DNA of 64,000 nt from Nanobdellota archaeon (GTDB lineage Archaea; Nanobdellota; Nanobdellia; Pacearchaeales; JAHJTO01): positions 9,583 through 73,582 of the forward strand of contig JBHPFA010000001.1 in the NCBI GenBank assembly GCA_042572295.1, read 5' to 3'. The notes below the pieces were generated by a model. That model searched no databases and had not been told where the DNA came from. It saw only the letters and a list, made by a program, of their open reading frames with translations. Below are positions 27,670-36,449 of the stretch, piece after piece (the stretch's first letter is position 1; each line of letters begins with the position of its first letter). The position numbers were made by a program, and so were the translations under genes.

Positions 27670-28512
27670 TTATCCACCTGCAGAAGTGTACTTGCTTATT
27701 GCCCATTTCCATGACAGCAACGATAAAATGAAGAATCCTATTACTGGAATGACTGCTACTGCTGCTCTTGATAATGGCTCTTTTCCAAGAAGAACTGCTG
27801 CAGGATAATATGATGCGATTGCAGCTGGAACTACAAATGTCAAGACAAATCTTATAGTTGTTGAATAGACTGTTATTGGCCATCTTGCGAATTTCTCAAC
27901 TACATTAATCAATTCAGCTAAACGCCATGCCTTTACAAAGATGAATGCTAAAGATGCTGTGAATACTAATAAGCTGTACATGAAAAGCACTGCTAATAAG
28001 ATGATTAAGATATAAGGGAACATTAGCCATGTGAAAATCTGCAGTTTGTATAATGCAAATCCTACGATCATCATTCCTGCTATTATTTCTCCTACTCCTT
28101 CAAAGTCAAATCCCTCTGTTGTTACGGTTGCTAATGTTGGGAAAGGTTTCAATAATACTTTATCAAACTCTCCTTCTTGTATCCTGAATATAACTACCCA
28201 TAGCATGTCTAGGAAAAATGTACGCCAGACTCCTATTGTTAAGATTAATGTACCTTGGAAAAGTATGAATTCAAATAGTGTCCATCCTGGAATCCCTGCG
28301 GAAGCTGCATAAATCAATAAGCTCACTAAAGGAGTTAATATGTCTCCTAGAATTAATCCTATCAATGTTATGAAGAACCCCATTTTGTAAGACATAGAGT
28401 TAGAGATACCGTTTTCAATTGTCTTCTTCCAAACTTTAAAAAATGTGAATTTCATATTCCGACTGCTGCAATCTTTCCCATTGCTTTCCTCCATATCATT
28501 GTGTATATCCAA
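27670..28512 (-). CDS. ABC-2 family transporter permease (COG3694/COG4587-like)
   Basis: About six TM helices. Overlaps and follows a second permease and an ATPase. Confidence 0.55.
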   Translation of the reverse strand: MDIHNDMEESNGKDCSSRNMKFTFFKVWKKTIENGISNSMSYKMGFFITLIGLILGDILTPLVSLLIYAASAGIPGWTLFEFILFQGTLILTIGVWRTFFLDMLWVVIFRIQEGEFDKVLLKPFPTLATVTTEGFDFEGVGEIIAGMMIVGFALYKLQIFTWLMFPYILIILLAVLFMYSLLVFTASLAFIFVKAWRLAELINVVEKFARWPITVYSTTIRFVLTFVVPAAIASYYPAAVLLGKEPLSRAAVAVIPVIGFFILSLLSWKWAISKYTSAGG

Positions 28513-29249
28513 TAAAAGATGAATATCCAGATTATTGCTATTAACATTAATTCACCTATTTGTGGAAGTGTGTATCTACCTAGCCAAATATTTGCTGGAA
28601 CGAAGATTAAATATTGGAAAGGGAGGTAGTGTGAGATTGCTTGGAACCAATCTGGGAAGAATGTTAGTGGTAAGACTCCTCCAGATAAGTAAACATAGAG
28701 TATTCTTCTCATTTTTAGTATTCCATTGTTATTTATTAGCCAGAATGCAGACATCCCACTAATAAAATAGAATAGGAATGTTAGTAAGAAAGCTATTATT
28801 AATGAAAATAAGAATAATGGAAGGTAGGTGTAATCTACAGTCATAGGCAAGAATATGAAAGAGATTATCAATAAAGGAATCATTTCTGCAACTACTGCGA
28901 ATAATCTGTTGCCGATAGTTACACAGAATGTATGATTTACAAATTTATTGGGTTTTAGGAGGTCTCTTACTAATTGTCCAGAACGAACAAGATACCTTAA
29001 TTCTTGTTCTATGTTTGTGTATGTAAAGATACCTACTATCCAGATTAGGACATAATAGGTTATCATCTCTTCAAAATTAAAGCCTGCAATTACTTCTCCT
29101 GTTGCTCCAAAAATTGCGCTCCAAAGATAATAGAATACTAATAATGTTATCGGAGCTACTATAATTGTAGCAAAGAATTCAAATTTGTATGCAAGAGATT
29201 CTTTTATGGAAGTTCTTATTACTCCCATATTCTTTCTGAAGGTGCTCAT
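28452..29249 (-). CDS. ABC-2 family transporter permease
   Basis: Six TM helices. Start abuts the ATPase stop. Confidence 0.55.
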   Translation of the reverse strand: MSTFRKNMGVIRTSIKESLAYKFEFFATIIVAPITLLVFYYLWSAIFGATGEVIAGFNFEEMITYYVLIWIVGIFTYTNIEQELRYLVRSGQLVRDLLKPNKFVNHTFCVTIGNRLFAVVAEMIPLLIISFIFLPMTVDYTYLPLFLFSLIIAFLLTFLFYFISGMSAFWLINNNGILKMRRILYVYLSGGVLPLTFFPDWFQAISHYLPFQYLIFVPANIWLGRYTLPQIGELMLIAIIWIFIFYWIYTMIWRKAMGKIAAVGI

Positions 29250-30263
29250 TTATATTGCCTTCCTTTTCTTATAGATAAGCTTAATAATTTCCTCAATTGG
29301 AGGGTCTCTTATGTCAATATCTTCCCAATCACCATATCTTTTGATGATATGGTCAACTGCTTTACGGACTTTACATTTAGATAAATCTAATTCAGCAGTC
29401 ATTCTGTATTGTTTTTGTTTTATTATCTCCATTCCTTTTAATTTGTAAGTTTTAATTATTGGGGTGGAGAATGTACACTCAATTATCTTCTTATTTGCGA
29501 ACTTTTTCTTAATATCATTCAATGGTCCATCATAGATTATTGTTCCATGGTTGATTATTACGACTCTTTTACATAAATGTTCAATATCTGACATGTCATG
29601 AGTCGTTACTATGAAGGTTGTTCCATATTTTCTGTTGAATTCTTTTACAAATTGCCTTATCTTGTCCTTTGCGATAGCATCTAATCCTATTGTTGGTTCG
29701 TCTAAGAATACTAGTTTAGGTTTGTGTAATAAGGCTAGAACTAACTCACATCTCATTCTTTCCCCTAATGAAAGCTGTCTGACTTGTTTTCCTACAAAGC
29801 TTCCAATATCTAATTTTTTGATCATGTTTTCTAGTCTTTTCTTGAATTCTCTTTCAGGAATTCCATATAAGTGCTTATGCAATTCAAAAGTATCTATTGC
29901 TGGAATGTCCCACCATAACTGAGATTTCTGACCAAAGATAACTCCTGCGTGTTGAACATATTTTATTCTTTGTTCCCAGGGAATATATCCAACACATTGA
30001 ACTTCTCCACTTGAAGGATGTAGGACTCCTGTTAAGATTTTGATTAAAGTTGATTTTCCAGCTCCGTTAGGACCTATAAAACCGATAACTTCTCCTTTCT
30101 TTACATTCATGCTTACTCCTTTTAATGCATGTTTTGTAGTGTATTCTCTTGAGAAAAGACTTTTTGCAGCTGCTATGATTCCTGCATCTCTTTTGTATTC
30201 TTTAAATTCTTTCTTTATGTTTTTAACACTGATAACACTTGGAATATATTTTTTCTTAGCCAT
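29250..30263 (-). CDS. ABC transporter ATP-binding protein with C-terminal extension (COG4586-like)
   Basis: Walker A GPNGAGKST, signature LSLGERMR, Walker B LVFLDEPT, and H-loop TTHD. Confidence 0.85.
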   Translation of the reverse strand: MAKKKYIPSVISVKNIKKEFKEYKRDAGIIAAAKSLFSREYTTKHALKGVSMNVKKGEVIGFIGPNGAGKSTLIKILTGVLHPSSGEVQCVGYIPWEQRIKYVQHAGVIFGQKSQLWWDIPAIDTFELHKHLYGIPEREFKKRLENMIKKLDIGSFVGKQVRQLSLGERMRCELVLALLHKPKLVFLDEPTIGLDAIAKDKIRQFVKEFNRKYGTTFIVTTHDMSDIEHLCKRVVIINHGTIIYDGPLNDIKKKFANKKIIECTFSTPIIKTYKLKGMEIIKQKQYRMTAELDLSKCKVRKAVDHIIKRYGDWEDIDIRDPPIEEIIKLIYKKRKAI

Positions 30264-30324
30264 TGCTACACCCCTATTTTAATGTATAAGTTAGATAAAG
30301 ATGGTTTAAATAATTATCGACGAG

Positions 30325-32133
30325 TTATTTTCTATGCTGTAGCCTGTAAAGTTTATAAAATTCTCCTTTCAGTCTTAATAGGTCTTTGAAAGATCCTTGC
30401 TCAATGATTTTTCCTTCTTCTATGAAGATTATCTTATCTACATTTTTTAGAGTCGAAAGCCTGTGTGCTATGACTAACAATGTTTTATCTTTCATGTATT
30501 TGTTTAAGTTTTCTTGAATTGATTTTTCTGTCTTGCTGTCTAGTTGAGAAGTTGCTTCATCTAAGATTAGGAGAGAGCCTCCTTTGAATGCAGCTCTTGC
30601 GATTCCTAATCTTTGTCTTTCACCTCCAGAGAGTTTGTATCCTTTTTCTCCAATTAAAGTGTTTAAACCTCTTGGAAGTTTGTCTATAACTGGTTGGAGT
30701 TGGGAAATTTCAATTGTTCCTTTTATTTTTGTCAAATCTCTTTTTGTTTCTGAAATAGTTATGTTGTTTAACAAAGTGTTATTGAACATTTCAGAATCTT
30801 GAAGGACAATACTGAAGTTTTTGATTACAGAACTGTGTTTGTATTTATTGATATCTTTATTGTCTACGGTTATTTCCCCTTTTTGTGGTTGATATAAACC
30901 TAAGAGAAGTTTAACAATAGTGGATTTTCCTCCTCCTGATGCACTGACTATTCCTATTTTATCTCCACGGTTTACTGTTAGGTTAAAGTCTCTGATAACA
31001 TTTTCATTTTTGTATTTAAATGAGATATTCTTGAACTCAATTTTCTTCCACTTACTTGAAATTTTATCTAAGTGATTGCTTTCTCTATCAAAAGTCTCTA
31101 CACCCATGAAGTTCATGAATCTTCCAACTCCAATCTTGATTCTTATGAATTCATTTATGTGGTTGCTTAGATTATCTAGTGCTGCTCTTAGTCTTTCAAA
31201 ATAACCTGCAAAAGCAAATATAGAACCAACAGTTATAATTCCTGCTATTGCATCAAATCCTATGATTAAGATAAAGGTAGCATATCCTAATGCTCCAAAT
31301 ACTTTGATTGTTTTAGCTTTTGATTGGTTTGCCTTTATTGTTTCTAACCAAGTATTGTATAATTTATTTTCATAGGCTGCAGTTGAATTCCTTAGTTTTT
31401 TCTTTAGTCCTAAGGATTTGACTGTTAGGAGGTTTGAAGCAGATTCATAAAACTTTCCACTTACTTTCTCTTTAGTTTTATTTAATTCATTTTGCCAGTA
31501 GGCTATCTTTTTAGTGAAGTGGTTTTCTCCTATTAAATAAATGGTGAGATAAATTGTTGCAAAGAGTAGGTATGTGCTGTCCAATGTAAGGAAAATGATT
31601 AAGCTTCCAATTATACCTGTTATTGTGTAAAGGCCTACATCAACAAATAAGCTAAGACCCTTATAGATCTTTTCTGCCCCATTGTTTATTCTTTCTATCT
31701 TGCTTCCAGATTCTTCATTTTCATGCCATTTTAATTCTAAGTCTATTAGTTTTTCCATGGCAGCTACTCTAATGTATTTTCTTAGTTCTGCTCCTATCTT
31801 CTTCATCCCTAATTTTGAGTGGAATCTAAATAGAATCTGTAAGCTTCCAAGTATTCCTATTAATGCTACAAAGAAGTAGAACTGACTTAACGGATCTCCT
31901 TTATTATAATTGGTAAAGAAATCTACAATCTTTCCTAAAGAGAACAATATACCGAAAGGGACTAACTCTGATAGAGCTCTCACTATTGTGAAAAACAAGA
32001 ATTTTCCTCTGTAACCATCAATCAATATCCAATAGTCTTTAATACAGGTGGATAAGGGGTAGTGGTCTTTTTTGGAGGTCTTGGTGGTACGATTTAGCGC
32101 TTTGGCTATGTGGGGTTTTGGGGTCTTACTCAC
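30325..32133 (-). CDS. ABC exporter, fused permease/ATPase (MsbA/MdlB-like)
   Basis: Six-TM N-terminal domain plus NBD with GASGGGKST, LSGGERQRLGIARA and LLILDEATS. Track start is GTG; the true start may be downstream. Confidence 0.85.
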   Translation of the reverse strand: MSKTPKPHIAKALNRTTKTSKKDHYPLSTCIKDYWILIDGYRGKFLFFTIVRALSELVPFGILFSLGKIVDFFTNYNKGDPLSQFYFFVALIGILGSLQILFRFHSKLGMKKIGAELRKYIRVAAMEKLIDLELKWHENEESGSKIERINNGAEKIYKGLSLFVDVGLYTITGIIGSLIIFLTLDSTYLLFATIYLTIYLIGENHFTKKIAYWQNELNKTKEKVSGKFYESASNLLTVKSLGLKKKLRNSTAAYENKLYNTWLETIKANQSKAKTIKVFGALGYATFILIIGFDAIAGIITVGSIFAFAGYFERLRAALDNLSNHINEFIRIKIGVGRFMNFMGVETFDRESNHLDKISSKWKKIEFKNISFKYKNENVIRDFNLTVNRGDKIGIVSASGGGKSTIVKLLLGLYQPQKGEITVDNKDINKYKHSSVIKNFSIVLQDSEMFNNTLLNNITISETKRDLTKIKGTIEISQLQPVIDKLPRGLNTLIGEKGYKLSGGERQRLGIARAAFKGGSLLILDEATSQLDSKTEKSIQENLNKYMKDKTLLVIAHRLSTLKNVDKIIFIEEGKIIEQGSFKDLLRLKGEFYKLYRLQHRK

Positions 32134-32350
32134 ACTGTTAAGACCTGTTTTTACTATATATATTACTATGATACAGTAACAAATATGTTGAATTTTCGAT
32201 AAGCTTATATAGTTCGACTGATATTACTGTATATGAGAGTGGAATTGGGGTTTTGCTCACATTATTCTAAGAATTTAGGGCATAGTAACTACTCTAAAAC
32301 CAGTATTTTTTTGCAATAAGGTTTAAATATTGATTTCTGGTTAATTAAAA

Positions 32351-33067
32351 ATGCTAAAAAAGATTGTGAGGAAGGTTTTTTCCAATAAAACATTGTTTTA
32401 TCCAGGTTGTTTGAATAGATCTGTTACTAAAGACATAAGTCAGAATTATCAAGAGATTTTGAAGAAGTTAGGGGTTGAGTTTATCATGATTGATGAGTTA
32501 GGTTGTTCTGGAGGACCTTTATTAGATGCAGGTTATAAAGAAGAATTTGAAGCTACTAAAGAAAAAAATTTAGAGTTGTTTGATAAGTATGGTGTTTCAA
32601 AGATAATTGTTGCTTCTCCTAGCAGTCTGAAGGTTTTGAAACAAGATTATAGGTTGGAAGAAAGTGGAATTGAAGTAATTCATGTTTATGAGTTGTTGAC
32701 AAAGAAGATAGATAAGATAAAAGACATATTCAAAAAAGGTGGAGCTCCAAAAGTAACTTTCCATGACTCTTGTTATTTAGGGAGATATTGTGGAATATAT
32801 GATGGACCTAGAAAATTGATTATTGCAGCAGGTTATGGTCTAGAAGAATTCCCTAAGAAAAGAGAACATGCTGACTGTTGCGGAGTTTGTGGGGGTGTTC
32901 GTGCTAACTTTCCACAATTAGCAGGAGATATGGCAAAGAAATTATTGAAAGGATGTAAAACTCCTATAATTGTTGCTTGTTCACCAGGATGTTATTTGCA
33001 TTTGAAAGAGAATGCTGGAGATATTGAAGTTAAAGAGATTAGTCATCTGATTAGGGGGGCAATATAA
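32351..33067 (+). CDS. CCG-domain Fe-S subunit (GlcF/LutA/HdrB-like, two cysteine-rich CCG domains)
   Basis: YPGCLNRS...LGCSGGPLLDAGY and FHDSCYLGRYCG...CCGVCGG. Confidence 0.7.
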   Translation: MLKKIVRKVFSNKTLFYPGCLNRSVTKDISQNYQEILKKLGVEFIMIDELGCSGGPLLDAGYKEEFEATKEKNLELFDKYGVSKIIVASPSSLKVLKQDYRLEESGIEVIHVYELLTKKIDKIKDIFKKGGAPKVTFHDSCYLGRYCGIYDGPRKLIIAAGYGLEEFPKKREHADCCGVCGGVRANFPQLAGDMAKKLLKGCKTPIIVACSPGCYLHLKENAGDIEVKEISHLIRGAI

Positions 33068-34227
33068 TGGTTTTTGATATGGGTGTTTTAAGAAAGATTT
33101 GTCCTTCAAGTGAATCTTTAGGAGAAAAGACTGCTTATAGTACTGATTCCAGTACAATAAAAGGAGAGGCTGTTGCAGTTACTTGGCCTTCAACTTATGA
33201 TCATTTGAAAATGTTATTGAAGTATGCTTCACGTGAAGAGATTCCTGTTGTTGCAAGGGGCGGAGGCACTTCTTTAGTTGGAGGAGCTGTTCCTAAAAAT
33301 GCTTTAGTCATTGATATGTCTAGATTAAATAAGATAAAGAAACTTTATGTGAATGAAAAGACAGTTGTTGTACAATCAGGAGTTGTTTTAGATAAGTTAA
33401 ATGAATCAATAGCAGAATATAAGTTAGAATTTCCTATAAAGCCCAGTTCACATTCTGCATGTACTATTGGGGGAATGATTGCTACTAATGCTTCTGGATC
33501 TCAGCCATCAGATGAGAGGTGGATGAATAAGTGGGTTAAGGATATTACATTTTTAGATGGAACTGGAAGAGTTTATACTTTGGATAAGGCCGAAGCAAGG
33601 AGATTTATTGGAACTGAAGGCTGTTGTGGAATTATAATAGAAGCAACTCTTTATGTTTCTGCAAAAAGTGAAACCACTATGGATTTGTTAAAATTTGCAG
33701 ATATTCAAAGTGTTATGGCAAGGATAAAAGAACTGAAGGAAGATAATCAAGTCGTTGCTATTGAATATATTAATAGATTTGCTTCAAGAGTCATGGGTCT
33801 TGGTGAACAAGATCATTTGATTGTTAAGTATTTAGGTAAGAAAGGAATGCTTGAGCATGTAGAAGCTGAAAAACTTTGGACTAAGTATGAGAATATCTAT
33901 TCTACATTATCTCAAGCAGGATTTCCAAGAGTTGAGGATATTTTACTTGAGAAAGATGCTGATAAGTTTGTTGATTGGTTAACTAAACAAGGAGTTCCTT
34001 GTTATGGAAGATTAGCTGTTGGGTCTGTGCATCCACATTTTCAGAATTTAGCTAATATTGAGAAGGTTGCAAGTATTGTTACTGAGTTAAAAGGCCAGAT
34101 GGTTGGAGAATATGGTGTTGGATTATTGAGAAGGAAGCATGCACCTTTTATTATAACTCATACTGTTAGAGAATTGAAGGCGAAGTATGATCCAAAAAAT
34201 ATCTTGAATAAGGGGAAGGTGATTTAG
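33067..34227 (+). CDS. FAD-binding oxidoreductase (GlcD/D-lactate dehydrogenase-like)
   Basis: PCMH-type FAD domain with PVVARGGGTSLVGGAVP and GGMIATNASGS. Confidence 0.8.
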   Translation: MVFDMGVLRKICPSSESLGEKTAYSTDSSTIKGEAVAVTWPSTYDHLKMLLKYASREEIPVVARGGGTSLVGGAVPKNALVIDMSRLNKIKKLYVNEKTVVVQSGVVLDKLNESIAEYKLEFPIKPSSHSACTIGGMIATNASGSQPSDERWMNKWVKDITFLDGTGRVYTLDKAEARRFIGTEGCCGIIIEATLYVSAKSETTMDLLKFADIQSVMARIKELKEDNQVVAIEYINRFASRVMGLGEQDHLIVKYLGKKGMLEHVEAEKLWTKYENIYSTLSQAGFPRVEDILLEKDADKFVDWLTKQGVPCYGRLAVGSVHPHFQNLANIEKVASIVTELKGQMVGEYGVGLLRRKHAPFIITHTVRELKAKYDPKNILNKGKVI

Positions 34228-34434
34228 ATGTTAGAAGATTTTTTGAATACAGTTGTCAGGCATCAAGCTGAAATAGAAGCTGCAAAGAAAGTGGCCCTTC
34301 CTTATGTAGTGTTTGGTCTAGGGGTGCTTGGAGCATGCTGGATGGGGGATTACATTGAGGGAGATGAGGTGGAAGAGAAAAAAGGACCTGTGAAAAGAGA
34401 TTACACTAAATACTTTAGATGTATTGGGAATTAA
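34228..34434 (+). CDS. hypothetical small protein (68 aa) with one hydrophobic segment
   Basis: ORF between the glcD-like and ferredoxin genes. Confidence 0.35.
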   Translation: MLEDFLNTVVRHQAEIEAAKKVALPYVVFGLGVLGACWMGDYIEGDEVEEKKGPVKRDYTKYFRCIGN

Positions 34435-34813
34435 GATGGAAGAATTGATGATAAAAGACGAGATGGGGGAATTGAAGACACAATGTACTTTATGTGGTTT
34501 ATGTAAATCAAGTTGTCCTGCTTACAAAGTTTTGATAGATGAATCTGTCAGTCCAAGAGGAAGAGCTGTTTTATTGAAAAGCAAAGTCCTTTCAAAACAT
34601 CTTTATGTCTGTACTTTATGTAAGGCTTGTGAAAATTTCTGTACTGTAAAAGATATTGATTTAGTTGAGAAGATAAGAGCTGCAAGAGAACATATGGTTA
34701 AGAATGGCCAAGAAACAGAAGCTGGAAAGAGATTGGTTGCTAATATTAATAAGACTGGTAGTTGTGTAGGTAAGTTTGATGAAGTGAAGGGCTTTGATCT
34801 TTGGGAATGTTAA
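34424..34813 (+). CDS. 4Fe-4S ferredoxin-domain protein (GlcF N-terminal-like module)
   Basis: Two CxxCxxC(x)3CP-type motifs: CTLCGLCKSSCP and CTLCKACENFC. Confidence 0.65.
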   Translation: MGIKMEELMIKDEMGELKTQCTLCGLCKSSCPAYKVLIDESVSPRGRAVLLKSKVLSKHLYVCTLCKACENFCTVKDIDLVEKIRAAREHMVKNGQETEAGKRLVANINKTGSCVGKFDEVKGFDLWEC

Positions 34814-35053
34814 ATGAGTAGTTTAGAAAAATTAACATTAAGAAGAAGTTTGGAAAGATTTAGATTAAGAGAAGAGGGTCCAGAACTTATTGATTTCTTT
34901 GAAGGAGTTTGTGGAAAAGGTAATGGGATGAAGGCTTATGAAACTTATCTTAAAAAGAGAGTGGAATACAGAAAAACCACTCAGAAATCTTTTGATGCTA
35001 TAAGAGAATCTCAACATGTAACTCATGAGGATTTGAACATTATTGTTTATTAA
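34814..35053 (+). CDS. hypothetical protein, paralog A (79 aa, C-terminal ..THEDLNIIVY)
   Basis: Shares SLEK near the N-terminus and the AIRxSxxxTHEDLxxxVY C-terminus with the next ORF. Confidence 0.45.
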   Translation: MSSLEKLTLRRSLERFRLREEGPELIDFFEGVCGKGNGMKAYETYLKKRVEYRKTTQKSFDAIRESQHVTHEDLNIIVY

Positions 35054-35411
35054 AATGGTGAAATTTACTAGTTTAGAAAAGAGGGCTGCCAGAGAAATGG
35101 ATTTTATTAATGGTGGTGGTATGTTTTTAATAGCTGGTGAAGGAAAGAGATTTGAAAGGTATTATCCTGATAAAAGAATCTACACTTTTTTATTAAAGAG
35201 GGGATATATTAAAAGAGATAAAGGAAACACTGAAGAAGGCAGATCTAAATACAAATTTACTTCTGAAGGGAATGAATTTCATGAAAGATTGTGGAAGAAA
35301 CCTTATGAAAGGTCTTTAGCCAAGTGGCAAAAAATCATGGCACCCAGAGTTGAGGCCATAAGAAGATCAACAAGATTGACTCATGAAGACTTGCATACAT
35401 TGGTTTATTGA
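35043..35411 (+). CDS. hypothetical protein, paralog B (122 aa, C-terminal ..THEDLHTLVY)
   Basis: Tandem paralog of 34814..35053. Confidence 0.45.
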   Translation: MFIKMVKFTSLEKRAAREMDFINGGGMFLIAGEGKRFERYYPDKRIYTFLLKRGYIKRDKGNTEEGRSKYKFTSEGNEFHERLWKKPYERSLAKWQKIMAPRVEAIRRSTRLTHEDLHTLVY

Positions 35412-35710
35412 AAATTCTTCTTTAGAATAACTCTTTTATCAAAGCTGCCTCTTTTATCTGCCTTGTCAATACGGATTTTTTCCAATTCATCAATTGACAT
35501 GTTCTTGAACTTTGCAATAGAATAAATTACTTCTATGATGTCTGCAAGTTCTTCAGGACTGTCGTTTTCTTTGAACTCATTAATTTCTTCCTGAAGTTTT
35601 TTGGTCAATTCTTGCTTGTATTCTTCATCTTCAGCAATATGAATATCATGAAGTTTATAGATTTCATGGATTTTGTCTCTAATTAATTTCTTTTTTGGTT
35701 TATTTTCCAT
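35405..35710 (-). CDS. MazG/HisE-like NTP pyrophosphohydrolase domain protein (tentative)
   Basis: LIRDKIHEI...EExxEL...EELADIIEV resembles the EExxE/ExxD helices of small MazG-like enzymes. Confidence 0.4.
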   Translation of the reverse strand: MENKPKKKLIRDKIHEIYKLHDIHIAEDEEYKQELTKKLQEEINEFKENDSPEELADIIEVIYSIAKFKNMSIDELEKIRIDKADKRGSFDKRVILKKNFQ

Positions 35711-35818
35711 GTTATATGGTGGTAGTTATTTCTTATTAACCTTTTGTTAGGGCTAATTTGTTCTTAATGTTAAAGTTTTTAAGCTAGAGATGGTTTAAAA
35801 CCATTATAGGATATTAAT

Positions 35819-36043
35819 ATGGGGTTTTTAAAAGATCTATTTAGGAAGGTATTTGGTAGTAAGAGAATCGGTGAAAAAAAGCCTGAAAGCACTTTTAGAG
35901 GAGAGTGTGAAATCTGTTTTAAACAAATAGATATTGCACAAGCTTTTACATGTAGGTATTGTGGAAATTGGCATTGTTCAGAACATAGGCTTCCAGAGGA
36001 TCATCAATGCTCTGGAAATCCAGTTAATCCCCATATTGGATAG
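35819..36043 (+). CDS. AN1-type zinc finger protein
   Basis: [35 protein letters not shown] fits C-x2-C-x10-C-x2-C-x4-C-x2-H-x5-H-x-C. Confidence 0.7.
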   Translation: MGFLKDLFRKVFGSKRIGEKKPESTFRGECEICFKQIDIAQAFTCRYCGNWHCSEHRLPEDHQCSGNPVNPHIG

Positions 36044-36449
36044 TTTTTATTTTACTCATTTCTATAATGAAGTCAACATAGGAGGTGTAGGATGTTATTT
36101 TGTTAGAGTCTCTTAGCATACTATAAGCAACCCTTGATATATCTGTATAAAATTCCTTTGCTGAATTAAATTTTTCTCCATTAGGTGAAGGGGAAAATCT
36201 GATTAAATTACTAAATTCTTTTTCTTTTAGTCTAAGAATCAACTTTTTTGAAGTAATTGTTTTCTTGTCTTTTTTAGGAATCTTTATGATTCCTTCTAAA
36301 GATTCTTCATCTTCAATATTGTAAACTTGTCCTGGACTGAGAATTATCTTTATTTTATGTTTCCTAATGGTATTTGGTTCAAAAAAGTCTACTTTTTTTG
36401 GAGGAGTATATTCAACTTTCATTTTTTTCACTAGAAGAATATTTCCCAA
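36024..36449 (-). CDS. hypothetical protein (141 aa)
   Basis: ORF overlapping both neighbours' ends. The start may be the internal MKVEY. Confidence 0.3.
   Translation of the reverse strand: MGNILLVKKMKVEYTPPKKVDFFEPNTIRKHKIKIILSPGQVYNIEDEESLEGIIKIPKKDKKTITSKKLILRLKEKEFSNLIRFSPSPNGEKFNSAKEFYTDISRVAYSMLRDSNKITSYTSYVDFIIEMSKIKTIQYGD

Noticed and set aside
27623-27883. 86-aa minus-strand ORF overlapping the ABC-2 permease end
   Set aside because: Overlaps a better-supported membrane-protein gene in another frame. Ser/Cys low complexity.
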